Source of the DNA: Candidatus Eremiobacteria bacterium
GTDB taxonomy: Bacteria; Vulcanimicrobiota; Vulcanimicrobiia; Vulcanimicrobiales; Vulcanimicrobiaceae
Length of the DNA stretch: 64,000 nt
Direction: 5' to 3'
NCBI GenBank assembly: GCA_963737065.1
Contig: CAVTRC010000001.1
Coordinates: 1,280,001-1,344,000, forward strand
Shown here: positions 1-9,299 of the stretch, one piece after another
Layout: each line of letters begins with the position of its first letter
How positions within the stretch are numbered: the first letter of the stretch is position 1
The notes under the pieces: model-generated
What the model saw: only the letters and a program-made list of their open reading frames with translations
Database searches by the model: none
What the model was told of the DNA's origin: nothing
Translations under genes and position numbers: made by a program

Positions 1-570
1 CGCTGCATCGAGAGCCGTGTAGACGCGGTTGGCTCCACCGAACGATTCGCTCTCGACAATAACGTCGTCACCGCGTTGCGCCTCATTGATGAGCCGAGCT
101 TCGGACGAGAGAGCATCGCGCTTGCGGACCGAAAAGAACGGCGTCGCGCGCTCTTCGATGCCCGATACCGCATCACGGACCATTTGAGCATCGCGTTGGA
201 AATCGTCGCGTACGATTGTGTCGCCGCCGTCGTCGGGCCAATTGCGATCGTCGAGGAAGAGCGCATCGTCGACGACCGCGCCTTTGAGATGAAGCATCGG
301 ATCGGATGCGTTGGCCGAACGATGAACGAATCGCGCGTCAGCGCCCGCGTTGCGTAATCGGGCTAGCGCGTCGGCGTTCGCTTTTCCGACGTTGCCGTCA
401 TCCTTATAAATGTAGCCTTCGAGGCGAACGCGCACGCGGGCGCCGTGCTTTGCAGCATCGGTCAGCGCATCGAGCACGGAGCCGCGCGGCAATGTATAGG
501 CGGTAAGCGAGACATCATGCGCGCGCTGCAGCGCCGCAACAAGTTCACCCGTTGAACTAAGTGCAATCAT
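1..570 (-). CDS. Phospholipase D-like domain protein (3' end runs off window)
   Basis: Manual translation from ATG at 570 (MIALSSTGELVAALQRAHDVSLTAY...) is open to the window edge and contains an HxKxxxxD motif (HLKGAVVD); not in the ORF track because no stop is present. Confidence 0.7.
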   Translation of the reverse strand, partial: MIALSSTGELVAALQRAHDVSLTAYTLPRGSVLDALTDAAKHGARVRVRLEGYIYKDDGNVGKANADALARLRNAGADARFVHRSANASDPMLHLKGAVVDDALFLDDRNWPDDGGDTIVRDDFQRDAQMVRDAVSGIEERATPFFSVRKRDALSSEARLINEAQRGDDVIVESESFGGANRVYTALDAA

Positions 571-630
571 CGCGCGTACTATCCCGACAAAGGGCGGGCA
601 CAGCAAGGGCGTGAAAGAGCGAAAATTCCT

Positions 631-1356
631 ATGGCAATGAAGCCCGTCTCGTCCCCGGCCGGTGACAAAGGCGCGTTCGTGCGCGAAATGTTTGCGCGCA
701 TTGCGCCGCGCTACGACGCCGCGAATCGTGTTCTGACCGGCGGTATGGACGAGCGCTGGCGCAAGCGCGCGATTGCTTTACTCGCCGCGCCTCGCGCCGG
801 CCGCGTGGTCGATCTATGCTGCGGCACCGGGGACGTCGTCTTTCATCTGCTGCGTACGGATCCGACGTTGCGCGTCGACGCCGTGGATTTTTGCGCGCCG
901 ATGCTGCAATGCGCGCGCGAGCGCGCCGTGAAGGAAGCTCGCGGCAACGCACGCTTTGTCGAAGGCGACGTGATGTCGCTTCCGTTTGATGACGACACCT
1001 TCGACGGGGCGACGATGGGCTTTAGCATGCGCAATGTCGTCAGTATCGATGACGTTCTTCGCGAAACGCTGCGCGTGTTGCGTCCCGGCGCGCGCTTCGT
1101 CAACCTGGATGTCAGCAAAGCCTCGAACCGATTTTGGAAGCGCGCGTTCGATGTCTATTTTTACGGCATCGTCCCGCTCATCGGCGGCATCGTCGGCGGA
1201 TCGAAACAGGCGTATTCATATCTTCCCAACTCGCTCACGCATCATCCGGACGCGGAACATTTGCGCGAGCGTTTCACGCGCGCCGGCTTTGCGAATGCGG
1301 GATTCGTTCGGCTAATGGGTGGTTCGATTGCGATACACTACGGAACGAAGCGCTAA
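631..1356 (+). CDS. menG: Demethylmenaquinone methyltransferase (MenG/UbiE family)
   Basis: MFARIAPRYDAAN, SAM motif VDLCCGTGD, FSMRNV, AYSYLPNS; adjacent to a polyprenyl synthase. Confidence 0.9.
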   Translation: MAMKPVSSPAGDKGAFVREMFARIAPRYDAANRVLTGGMDERWRKRAIALLAAPRAGRVVDLCCGTGDVVFHLLRTDPTLRVDAVDFCAPMLQCARERAVKEARGNARFVEGDVMSLPFDDDTFDGATMGFSMRNVVSIDDVLRETLRVLRPGARFVNLDVSKASNRFWKRAFDVYFYGIVPLIGGIVGGSKQAYSYLPNSLTHHPDAEHLRERFTRAGFANAGFVRLMGGSIAIHYGTKR

Positions 1357-1357
1357 C

Positions 1358-2312
1358 GTGCAGGCGTCAGAGGACCGCGAACCCGCGATGTACCATCTCG
1401 TGGAGTCGTTTTTCCGCTCCACGTTCTCGACCGACAATCCGCTCATCACCGAGGCGGTAAAGCGCATGCTGGCAGCGGGCGGCAAACGATTGCGCCCGCG
1501 CGTCACGCTGCTCGCGGCGTCCGCGTGCGGCGGTGATCCGCTCGAGCACTTGCATCTGGCGGCCTATATGGAACTCATTCACGTCGCCACGCTGATTCAC
1601 GACGATGTGGTCGATAACGCGCAGACACGTCGCGGCGTCAATGCGACGGCGATCGATTATGGTAACCGCGTGAGCGTTCTCGCGGGCGACTACCTCTTTG
1701 CATGGATCTTCAAGAACGTGACCGCCGGCTATCGCCATCCGATTCCGAACATTCTTGTCTGCAACGCTCGCCGACATTTGCGACGGCGAGGTACTGCAAT
1801 TGCGCGGTCTCGGCGACCTGGATCTCCCGCTCGGCGCGTACATCGATATAGCGCGTAAGAAAACCGCATCGCTCTTTGCGGCGTCGGCGCAATGCGGCGC
1901 GATCATGGGTGGCGGCTCCGAGCACGAGATCGCGGCGCTCCTCGAATTCGGTGAAGCGTATGGCATCGCGTTCCAGATGAATGACGATCTGCTCGATATG
2001 ACGGCCGACGAACGCTCGCTCGGGAAGCCGGTCGGAAACGATCTGACCGAACGGAAAATGACAATTCCGTTAGTTCTCGCGTTGCAGAACGGGAATGACC
2101 GCTTTCGCGACCGCGTCGCGCGTTTATATTCAGGAAGCAGCCACGACGGAATCCCCGGCGTTATTGCGGGCATCGCGGCCGAAGGCGGCCTCGAGCGAAC
2201 GCGCAAGGAAATCGCGTCGTTCGTTGCGCGGGCAAAGTCCTCGCTGGAGCCTTTGCCTTCCGGTCCGGCGAAGGAAGAATTGACGAAGCTAGCCGACGCG
2301 CTCGCCGGTTAG
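1358..2312 (+). CDS. Polyprenyl diphosphate synthase (HepT/IspB-like), split by a +1 frameshift near 1755
   Basis: GGKRLRP and first DDxxD (HDDVVD..RRG) in ORF 1319-1858; KKTA, FQMNDDLLD and GKPVGNDL in ORF 1755-2312. Start codon uncertain. Confidence 0.85.
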
Positions 2313-2328
2313 CGTAAAGGAGAATACG

Positions 2329-2628
2329 ATGATTTACCCCGTGCTGGCGTTCATCGACGCGCCGATCATCATCGGCATCGTCGCCGTGGCCGCTCTGCTC
2401 TTCGGTGCGGACAAGCTGCCCAAGCTCGCACGCAGCGCAGGACAAGCGAAAAAAGAATTCATGATGGGTCAAATCGAGGCGGACGAGGCCACGAATCGAG
2501 CCCGCGAAGAGATGCGCTCGCGTACAGCGACAGAGAAATCGGATGTGATGAACAACGTCGAAATCGGCAACGCCGCGGGCGAACCCATTCCTCCGCCCAG
2601 CCCCGGCCACGGGACGCAAAGCTCCTAG
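2329..2628 (+). CDS. tatA: Twin-arginine translocase TatA/TatE subunit
   Basis: N-terminal TM helix then LLFGADKLPKLARSAGQAKKEF; RBS AAGGAG upstream. Confidence 0.9.
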   Translation: MIYPVLAFIDAPIIIGIVAVAALLFGADKLPKLARSAGQAKKEFMMGQIEADEATNRAREEMRSRTATEKSDVMNNVEIGNAAGEPIPPPSPGHGTQSS

Positions 2629-2642
2629 GATAACATTCGCGC

Positions 2643-3431
2643 GTGGCACTACGGCTCGATCCGCGCAGCGGGACCAACGTTGGAGATTCATCGCAAAGCG
2701 ATGAACCGGCGTGGGATCAGAAGGAGATGCCGTTCACGGAGCACCTGCGGGAGCTCCGTACGCGTTTATTGGTTTCGCTCGGAACCGTCGGCGCAATCGC
2801 CGTCTTGCTCTTCTGGCCGTCGAAGTTTGCGATCCAATGGATGCAAGCGCAGTATCTGCACGGCACGCCGCTCAACGCGTTCGGCCTGGCCGACGTCTTG
2901 TTCACCGAGTTCAAGTTCTCCGTAATCGGCGGCGTCGTGATCGGTTTGCCGATGCTCTTCTACCAGGCGTGGATGTTCGTCGTACCGGCGATTCATCCGC
3001 GGACGCGGCGGATGGTCTACTCCTTCATCGTGCCGTCGATGCTCCTCGCGTTTGGAGGCCTTGCGTTTGCGCACTTCATCGTGATCCCGCGCGTGGTCAA
3101 TGCACTGATCAACATGACGAAAGAGATCGCGACGCCGACGTTCGGCGTCGGTCAAACGCTCGGATTTATTCTGATTCTTTTCGGCCTTTTCGCACTGATC
3201 TTCCAACTGCCCATCGTGCTGGTCGGACTTGCCCGTTTAGGAATCGTTAATGGACGTTGGCTATCGAAGTACCGTCGCCATGCGCTCTTCGCGATGGTTG
3301 TAGCAGGCGGTATCGCCGCGCCGGACGGCAATCCGATCACGATGGCGCTGCTCGCGCTTCCGATGTACGTGCTTTACGAAATCTCTATCTGGATCATTCT
3401 CTTCTTTGAACGCTCGTGGCAACAAAAGTAA
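2643..3431 (+). CDS. tatC: Twin-arginine translocase TatC
   Basis: MPFTEHLRELRTRL, FQLP, APDGNPITM...LYE; multiple TM helices. Confidence 0.93.
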   Translation: MALRLDPRSGTNVGDSSQSDEPAWDQKEMPFTEHLRELRTRLLVSLGTVGAIAVLLFWPSKFAIQWMQAQYLHGTPLNAFGLADVLFTEFKFSVIGGVVIGLPMLFYQAWMFVVPAIHPRTRRMVYSFIVPSMLLAFGGLAFAHFIVIPRVVNALINMTKEIATPTFGVGQTLGFILILFGLFALIFQLPIVLVGLARLGIVNGRWLSKYRRHALFAMVVAGGIAAPDGNPITMALLALPMYVLYEISIWIILFFERSWQQK

Positions 3432-4802
3432 TCGCGCTCTACGATGACTTCACCCGCACGTTCGGCAACGTGCTCTTTGCCGTATTGCTGTTCGTCGTTT
3501 GGGGCATTCTCACGTTGATCGGTGTGATCGTCGATCAAGGCAAAGATCCGACCACGTACTTCAATACGTATCCGGCGGCACTCGCTCGCGCGATTTTACG
3601 CCTCGGTTTTGATAACATCTACCACTCGCCATGGTACGTGGGGATCGTCGGACTCATCCTGATTTCGCTCGCCGTCTGCACGTTCAAACGCGTCATTCCC
3701 GCGCGGTTGCCGCCGTTGCGCCCCGTGAAGATCGACAAGATTCCGCTCAACGGATCAATCGTGGTTCGTGGCGACGAGACGAACGTACGCGCCCGCGTCG
3801 AGTCGTTCTTTCGTTCGCGCGGCTGGAACGTACGCAAGCGCGAATTCGGCGGAACGGAGTGGAGTTTTGCCGACAAGCACAACTGGGCACGGCGCGGAGT
3901 TTTGATTGCGCACCTCGGATTCACGATTATCGCGGCCGGCACGACGGTCTACTGGGCGCGCGGATTCTCCGGCGAAGCCGCCGTCGTTACCGGCGAAACC
4001 GTGCGCATTGCGAAGACGAATGCGATTCTCACCCTTAACTCGTTCCGCTATAAGATCACGCCGATTCTCACAAAGAGCGGCATGGTCTATCAGCCGACCG
4101 ACTACGTTTCGAACGTCACGGTCACGGGACGTGACGGCGTGCCGAAGCACATGGTAGTGCGCGTCAATCACCCGATCGACGTCGACGGCACGTTGTACTA
4201 TCAGGCGAGTTACGGCTTTGCGATGACGATGCGCTTCACGCACGAGGGCGTCAACGTTCCGTCGCTCTCGGACCACGTGTTCAAAGAAGGCGACGCATTC
4301 AACATTCCGGGCACGCGCAACACGTTGCTCTACGACCGCTTCGTGCCAACGGTCGACAAGCAGAGCGGCATGCCTGCCGCCGATCCGCGCGTGAACGATC
4401 CCGCGGTTATTCTGAGCGTCCAGCAGAGCGGCGAAACGGCCGGCTCGGCGCTCGTCCCCCTGCACACCTCGATCGATCTGGGCAACGGCTGGCGCGTCAC
4501 GCCGGAGCGCTACATCTTGTATAGCGGGTTTCAGTACCGGTACGACCCCGGTATCCCGCTTGGTCGGAATCGGTGCGCTCGTCTTGCTCGCCGGACTTAT
4601 TACGTCGTTCTACTTCCTGCCCGCGCGTCTCTACGTCCGCGTCGACCCCTCGGGAGCCGGTTGTACCGTTGGCGTAGCTGCGACGACCGTGAAGGGGTAC
4701 GATATTTTCGCAGGACAGTTCCAAGCGCTTCTGCACGACTTGCAGAATACGATGGAGCCGCCCGGGACCAATCCTCACTTGCAAGCAGCGGAGGCCTACT
4801 GA
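3416..4802 (+). CDS. resB: Cytochrome c biogenesis protein ResB/Ccs1, +1 frameshift near 4560
   Basis: FDNIYHSPWY, LIAHLG, VNHP...YQASYG, YDPG; the last TM helix continues in ORF 4560-4802. Confidence 0.85.
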
Positions 4803-4806
4803 CGAA

Positions 4807-5814
4807 GTGACCGGACATTTGCAAGCCGACGAACTGCTCATGATCGTCGCGATCGCAAGTTACGTGGTAGGCGGTATCGCGCTGCTTATCTATTTCTTCT
4901 CGCGCGAAGCGTGGTTACGTAATCTCGGCGCGCCGCTCGCGATCGTCGGATGCGTCGCGCAATTTGCGCAGCTGGTCGTGCGCTTCGAACTCACCGGCAT
5001 TTGGCCGCTGCTCAATCTCTACGGGTCGCTTTCGCTCTTCGCGGCGATGTCGGTCGCGATCTTCATCGGTTTTGCCATCCGCTACAAGCTGTGGTTCGCC
5101 GGCGGATTCGTGCTTGCAATCGCGGCGATCTTTCTTGCGTACGGGGTGACGTGGAATGAAGGCACGATGCCGCCCGTTCCGTCACTGCAGTCGTACTGGG
5201 CGAAAATTCACGTGCCGATCGTCGTGTCGTCGTACGCGGCGTTTCTCGTCGCCTTCGTCTTCTCGTGCATATATTTGATCAAGTACTACGCCGAACAGAA
5301 GATCGGTGAGAAGAGCGTTATCGCCTCCGCAGTATCCGATATCGGAAATATTGCGGTACGCACGACGTTCCAGTATCAGGCAGCCGCTGCTGCCGTTCGG
5401 GATGCCGGACTCGCGCGTGCCACCGCGCTATCGGGCGCCACGCCGCAAGTCGCCGCTGCGGCCGCCGCCGGAAACCCGCTCGCGCAATGGCTCGAAACAT
5501 TGCCGTCGCTCGCGCAACTCGACGTCATTGTGTATCGCGCGGTCGCAATCGGTCTGCCCTTGATCTCGCTCGGGATCATCACCGGCGCGGCGTGGGCAAA
5601 AGAAGCGTGGGGCGCGTATTGGCAGTGGGATCCAAAAGAAACCGCCGCTCTCTGTACGTGGATCATCTATCTCGCGTACATGCATCTGCACACGCGCAAC
5701 GCATGGCGCGGATTACGCACGAATTGGGTGAGCGTCGGCGGATTCGTGCTCGTGATCTTCACCTACCTCGGCGTCAACATCTGGATAAGCGGTTTGCACA
5801 GTTACAAAATGTAG
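4807..5814 (+). CDS. ccsA: Cytochrome c biogenesis protein CcsA/ResC (system II)
   Basis: WWD domain WAKEAWGAYWQWDPKE, LQSYWAKIHV, C-terminal GLHSY. Confidence 0.93.
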   Translation: MTGHLQADELLMIVAIASYVVGGIALLIYFFSREAWLRNLGAPLAIVGCVAQFAQLVVRFELTGIWPLLNLYGSLSLFAAMSVAIFIGFAIRYKLWFAGGFVLAIAAIFLAYGVTWNEGTMPPVPSLQSYWAKIHVPIVVSSYAAFLVAFVFSCIYLIKYYAEQKIGEKSVIASAVSDIGNIAVRTTFQYQAAAAAVRDAGLARATALSGATPQVAAAAAAGNPLAQWLETLPSLAQLDVIVYRAVAIGLPLISLGIITGAAWAKEAWGAYWQWDPKETAALCTWIIYLAYMHLHTRNAWRGLRTNWVSVGGFVLVIFTYLGVNIWISGLHSYKM

Positions 5815-6235
5815 CGCCCGGCTGCGTCTCGGTGCTGGATGACAACGGCTGGGGCTTTGGCTGACGCACCACGTTACGTTCCTCGGTGACGGCGGCGGCA
5901 AGATCGGGGCGTCAACGCCGCCAGTTGATAAGTTGCAACGCCGCGCTGATGAAATGCGTCTGCCGTTATGAGCCTGAGGCCGCGTGGCAGAATCAGCGTT
6001 GGGCCTTTCGTTGTGAGCGGCGCATTGACGGGACACGCGGTGTGCAAGCGCGAGGAGAGCCACGCACGATGAGGATGCTGATGCGGTCGGGACCGTTCGA
6101 ACACGAAAACGCTCGAGATTCCCAATGTATATTTCATAGTCTCAGGTCGCCAAATGTAGACACTTCTTTTAAGGTGCCTACTGGAGTTGACCCGCTTCCG
6201 TGGAGACTTTCAATCTTACAGAGAAAGGTCTCCAT

Positions 6236-6547
6236 ATGGCAAAGCGCCCCACCTATCCGCCGGAATTCCGGCATAGGATCCTCGAGCTGGTCGGTTCCGG
6301 CCGCAGCGTGAACTCCGTCGCGGTCGAATTTCAAGTTGCTCGACAATCGATCGTGAACTGGCTGAAGCAAGACGACGTTGATACGGGCCGCCGCGACGGC
6401 GGTTTAACAACGGACGAACGCAAAGAACTTGCGGCACTGCGCCGTGAAAATAAGCGCTTAAAACTCGAAGCGGAAATCCTGTCAAAAGCCGCGGCCTGGT
6501 TCGCTCGGGAAACGCACGCGGTTCCGAGCAAATCTTCGGATTCATAA
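6236..6547 (+). CDS. IS3 transposase OrfA (HTH)
   Basis: YPPEFR...SVAVEFQV..SIVNWLKQ, coiled coil ELAALRRENKRLKLEAEILSKAAAWFA. Confidence 0.9.
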   Translation: MAKRPTYPPEFRHRILELVGSGRSVNSVAVEFQVARQSIVNWLKQDDVDTGRRDGGLTTDERKELAALRRENKRLKLEAEILSKAAAWFARETHAVPSKSSDS

Positions 6548-6949
6548 AGGCGTACCAGGCCAACTATACGATTACGATGCTGTGTCATGTGCTCGACGTT
6601 TCCCCGAGCGGATACTACGCGTGGTGCAACCGATCGCCGTCGAAGCGCCGCCAAGACGACATCGTTCTCGGCGATCAGATCGATGCGTTCTATCGGAAGT
6701 CGTATGGTATTTACGGCCGTCCGCGCTTGCATGCGGATCTTCGCGAAGCCGGCATTCGGATCTCCGGAAAGCGCCTTGCGCGGTTGATGCGCGAACGCGG
6801 AATTGTCGGCGTTTCTCGGAGGAAATCCACAGTCACGACCATACGCGATCGGGATTCGCGTCCGGCGCCTGATCTCGTTGAGCGCAATTTCCAAGCCGAT
6901 GGGCCTGACCAGCTTTGGGTCGCTGACATTACGTTGTATCTTGGACCGA

Positions 6950-7130
6950 CGCGGCGAACAACCGTCGCGAGGTGGGGATAGCACGGATATTACGTGAGGC
7001 AGCAACAGCCTGAGATGTAGATGTCGCACCCCACTGCATTTTCAGCGCCGCAGGAGATCGGACGATAGCAAAGACGTTGCTCATCGAGCGAAGAGTCTGG
7101 ATTTACAAGGCTGATCCGCGGGTGGCGCGA
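6950..7130 (+). ncRNA. Putative IS110 bridge RNA (target-binding and donor-binding loops)
   Basis: Stem GTGGGG/CCCCAC encloses ATATTACGT (6987-6995) and GATGT (7014-7018), matching the insertion site. Stem GATCGG/CTGATC encloses ACGATAGC (7062-7069) and TACAAG (7104-7109), matching the element ends. Transcript ends are estimated. Confidence 0.8.
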
Positions 7131-7155
7131 TTTCGATTTGAAATGTGGAGGCGCT

Positions 7156-8139
7156 GTGAAATTCATCGGGATTGATGTCTCTCGTGATAAGCTCGACTGC
7201 GCGGTAGTCGACGACTGTGGAACCGTTATTCAACGATCGCGAGCATTTAAGAATAGCGCTGATGGCGTCGATGCGCTCCTGAAGTGGGTCGGAAAAATCG
7301 CCAGTAAGGGGCACGCGCGGTTTGTCATCGAGGCAACGGCAGCCTATCACGAGATGGCCTCACTGCGCCTTGCGAAGACCGGTGAATTCGTCGCAATCGT
7401 GAACCCATTTCACGTGCGTTCTTTAGCGCGCGGGCTAGCCATGCTCAGTAAGAGTGACGCGATTGATGCGCTCGTCCTTGCGCAATATGGGCGTCTTGCA
7501 AAGCTGCGCCGATGGGTACCGCCAGCTGCGCAGCTTGTTGATATTCAGGCTCTTTTGCTGCGGCTCGATGCGATTGAATCAGACCTCTTGCGTGAGCAGA
7601 ATCGTCGCGAGCAGGCTGCAGCCAGAGAATCCGCGACGCTTGTGATTGGCTCGATTGACGCGAGTATCAAATTCCTAAAGCGTCAGCGGAAAAGCATCGA
7701 ATTCGCGATCAGCAAATCGATTGAAACCGCTCCGGGTATCGCGGATGACGTCGAGCGCTTACGCTCGATCCCCGGCGTGGGCGAAAAGACAGCAAACCGC
7801 ATGGCGACCATGCTGCGTATGCACGACTTTAAGTCGGCGCGTGAAGTGGCCGCCTTCTGCGGCCTCGTTCCGGTCGAGCATAAATCCGGAACGAGCGTCT
7901 ATCGCAAGCCGCGACTCTCGAAGGCCGGCAACCCAAGAATGCGGGCGGCTCTATACATGGTTGCAGTCGTCGCCATGCGGTTGAACCCCGACGTCAAGGC
8001 GCTTTACGATCGACTCGTAGGACGCGGTAAAGCAAAAATGGCGGCTCTCGGTGCGTGCATGCGTAAGATCGTTCAGATATGTTTCGGCGTACTGAAGTCG
8101 GGAAAAACGTACGCCCCGCAGGCTGTTGTTAGAGCTTGA
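7156..8139 (+). CDS. IS110-family DEDD recombinase/transposase
   Basis: GTG start with GGAGG RBS; GIDVS, IEAT, KSDAID (D-E-D-D); SIPGVG, GLVP..HKSGTS (catalytic Ser), GNPRMRAALY. Confidence 0.95.
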   Translation: MKFIGIDVSRDKLDCAVVDDCGTVIQRSRAFKNSADGVDALLKWVGKIASKGHARFVIEATAAYHEMASLRLAKTGEFVAIVNPFHVRSLARGLAMLSKSDAIDALVLAQYGRLAKLRRWVPPAAQLVDIQALLLRLDAIESDLLREQNRREQAAARESATLVIGSIDASIKFLKRQRKSIEFAISKSIETAPGIADDVERLRSIPGVGEKTANRMATMLRMHDFKSAREVAAFCGLVPVEHKSGTSVYRKPRLSKAGNPRMRAALYMVAVVAMRLNPDVKALYDRLVGRGKAKMAALGACMRKIVQICFGVLKSGKTYAPQAVVRA

Positions 8140-8141
8140 CT
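8136..8141 (+). promoter_or_regulatory. -35 box (TTGACT) of the IS110 circle-junction promoter; pairs with -10 TATCTT at 6937-6942 after excision
   Basis: Joining the right end to the left end gives TTGACT-17 nt-TATCTT directly upstream of the putative bridge RNA. Confidence 0.75.
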
Positions 8142-8720
8142 TCCCAGACGATATCTATATCCCGACCTGGGGTGGATTCGTATACCTCGCAATTGTGCTC
8201 GATGCTTACAGTCGTCGAGTCGTCGGCTGGGCACCTGCTAATCACTTACGCACCGAACTTGTTCTGCAAGCGCTCAACTCAGCAATCTATCGGCGACGGC
8301 CGGAAAACGTTATCCATCACTCGGATCAAGGCTGCCAATACACCTCAATCGCCTTCGGCCTGCGGTGTCGCGAAGCCAAGGTACGCCCGTCGATGGGTTC
8401 AGTCGGTGATGCATACGATAACGCGATGTGCGAGAGTTTCAACGCAACGCTCGAATGCGAACTACTTGCGCGAAGTTCGTTCAAAAGCCAGCGTGAAGCT
8501 GAACAAGCGATCTTCGCGTATATCGAGGGTTTCTACAACCCGCATCGCCGGCATTCCGCAATCGGGTATCTCTCACCGAACAACTTCGAGCGCCGCATGA
8601 GTCATGCCGCTTGATGTCCAAGTCGCATTTCTCCGCGAAAGCGGGTCAACTCCAGTGGGCATCGGGCGGCGTTGTTGGTCAGCAAACCAATTACACCAAC
8701 GAAGGGGCGCTAGTTAAGGG

Positions 8721-9299
8721 ATGTTAGTTCTCGTTTTTCCGTTTATTCTCGCAACGCAACTACTTGCGCAAGCTACTCCAGAACCGTGGGCACATTACGA
8801 ATTGGCAGGAAGCTCCCTTAGGCAATTCGCTGCCAGCTATGACGCAGAAGTGCGCGGCAAGGAATCGCAATTTGCTGGTACAATCGTCCGCATCTCTAAA
8901 CTTGTTGACGGCGGAAGTCAGGTGACATTCGAGCGAAAAACCGGACAGCCAATGGGCTTTCGAGTTACGCCGGATAATAAGGTCGTTGCTGCATCTGCGT
9001 TGCAAGAATCAAATACAGAAGGCGTCCCGTTTGCGGACGCCCGCGCTATGGCGATCACCTACGACGCCTGGAAGGCGGGTCAAGTTAAAATTCCAGAGTC
9101 GGCCGCTGCGTTCAACGCAGATCGGTTCAGCGTCAGCGAACGCGGAATATTCAATTATCCCACGGGCTTGCCCGGATACTACGTAACATTCCAGCCCATC
9201 GGCAACGTCCCAAAAGTGGGGCGGGGGTGTCCTCCAACCCGAAACTATCGAGTCGATCCGAACACGTGGCAGGTGACCGAAGAACCAATTATTTGCTAA
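8721..9299 (+). CDS. Hypothetical secreted protein
   Basis: 192-aa ORF with signal-peptide-like N-terminus, two C-terminal Cys, visibly lower GC than the flanks; no family recognised. Confidence 0.6.
   Translation: MLVLVFPFILATQLLAQATPEPWAHYELAGSSLRQFAASYDAEVRGKESQFAGTIVRISKLVDGGSQVTFERKTGQPMGFRVTPDNKVVAASALQESNTEGVPFADARAMAITYDAWKAGQVKIPESAAAFNADRFSVSERGIFNYPTGLPGYYVTFQPIGNVPKVGRGCPPTRNYRVDPNTWQVTEEPIIC

Larger units (their letters stand above)
6935..8156 (+). mobile_element. IS110-family element (IS621-like), about 1.22 kb
   Basis: Boundaries defined by the interruption of IS3 orfB; long non-coding left end, DEDD recombinase, short right end ending ACGATATCT; no terminal inverted repeats. 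Confidence 0.92.
6544..8614 (+). pseudogene. IS3 transposase OrfB (DDE integrase), split by IS110 at 6934/8157
   Basis: 5' part ends ...QLWVADIT; 3' part resumes YIPTWGGFVYLAIVLDAYSRRVVGW...HHSDQG...DNAMCESF...FYNPHRRHS. The halves rejoin in frame once the insert is removed. Start approximate (OrfB sits in the -1 frame relative to OrfA). Confidence 0.9.
6182..8654 (+). mobile_element. IS3-family insertion sequence, interrupted by an IS110 element
   Basis: Terminal inverted repeats TGGAGTTGACCCGCTTCCGTGGAGA (from 6182) and its near-perfect reverse complement ending in CA at 8654; orfA/orfB organisation. Confidence 0.92.

Noticed and set aside
5815..6181. ORFs 5886-6311 (+), 5713-6063 (-) and 5874-6137 (-)
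   Set aside because: No recognisable domain, and the plus-strand ORF runs into the IS end; not called as genes.
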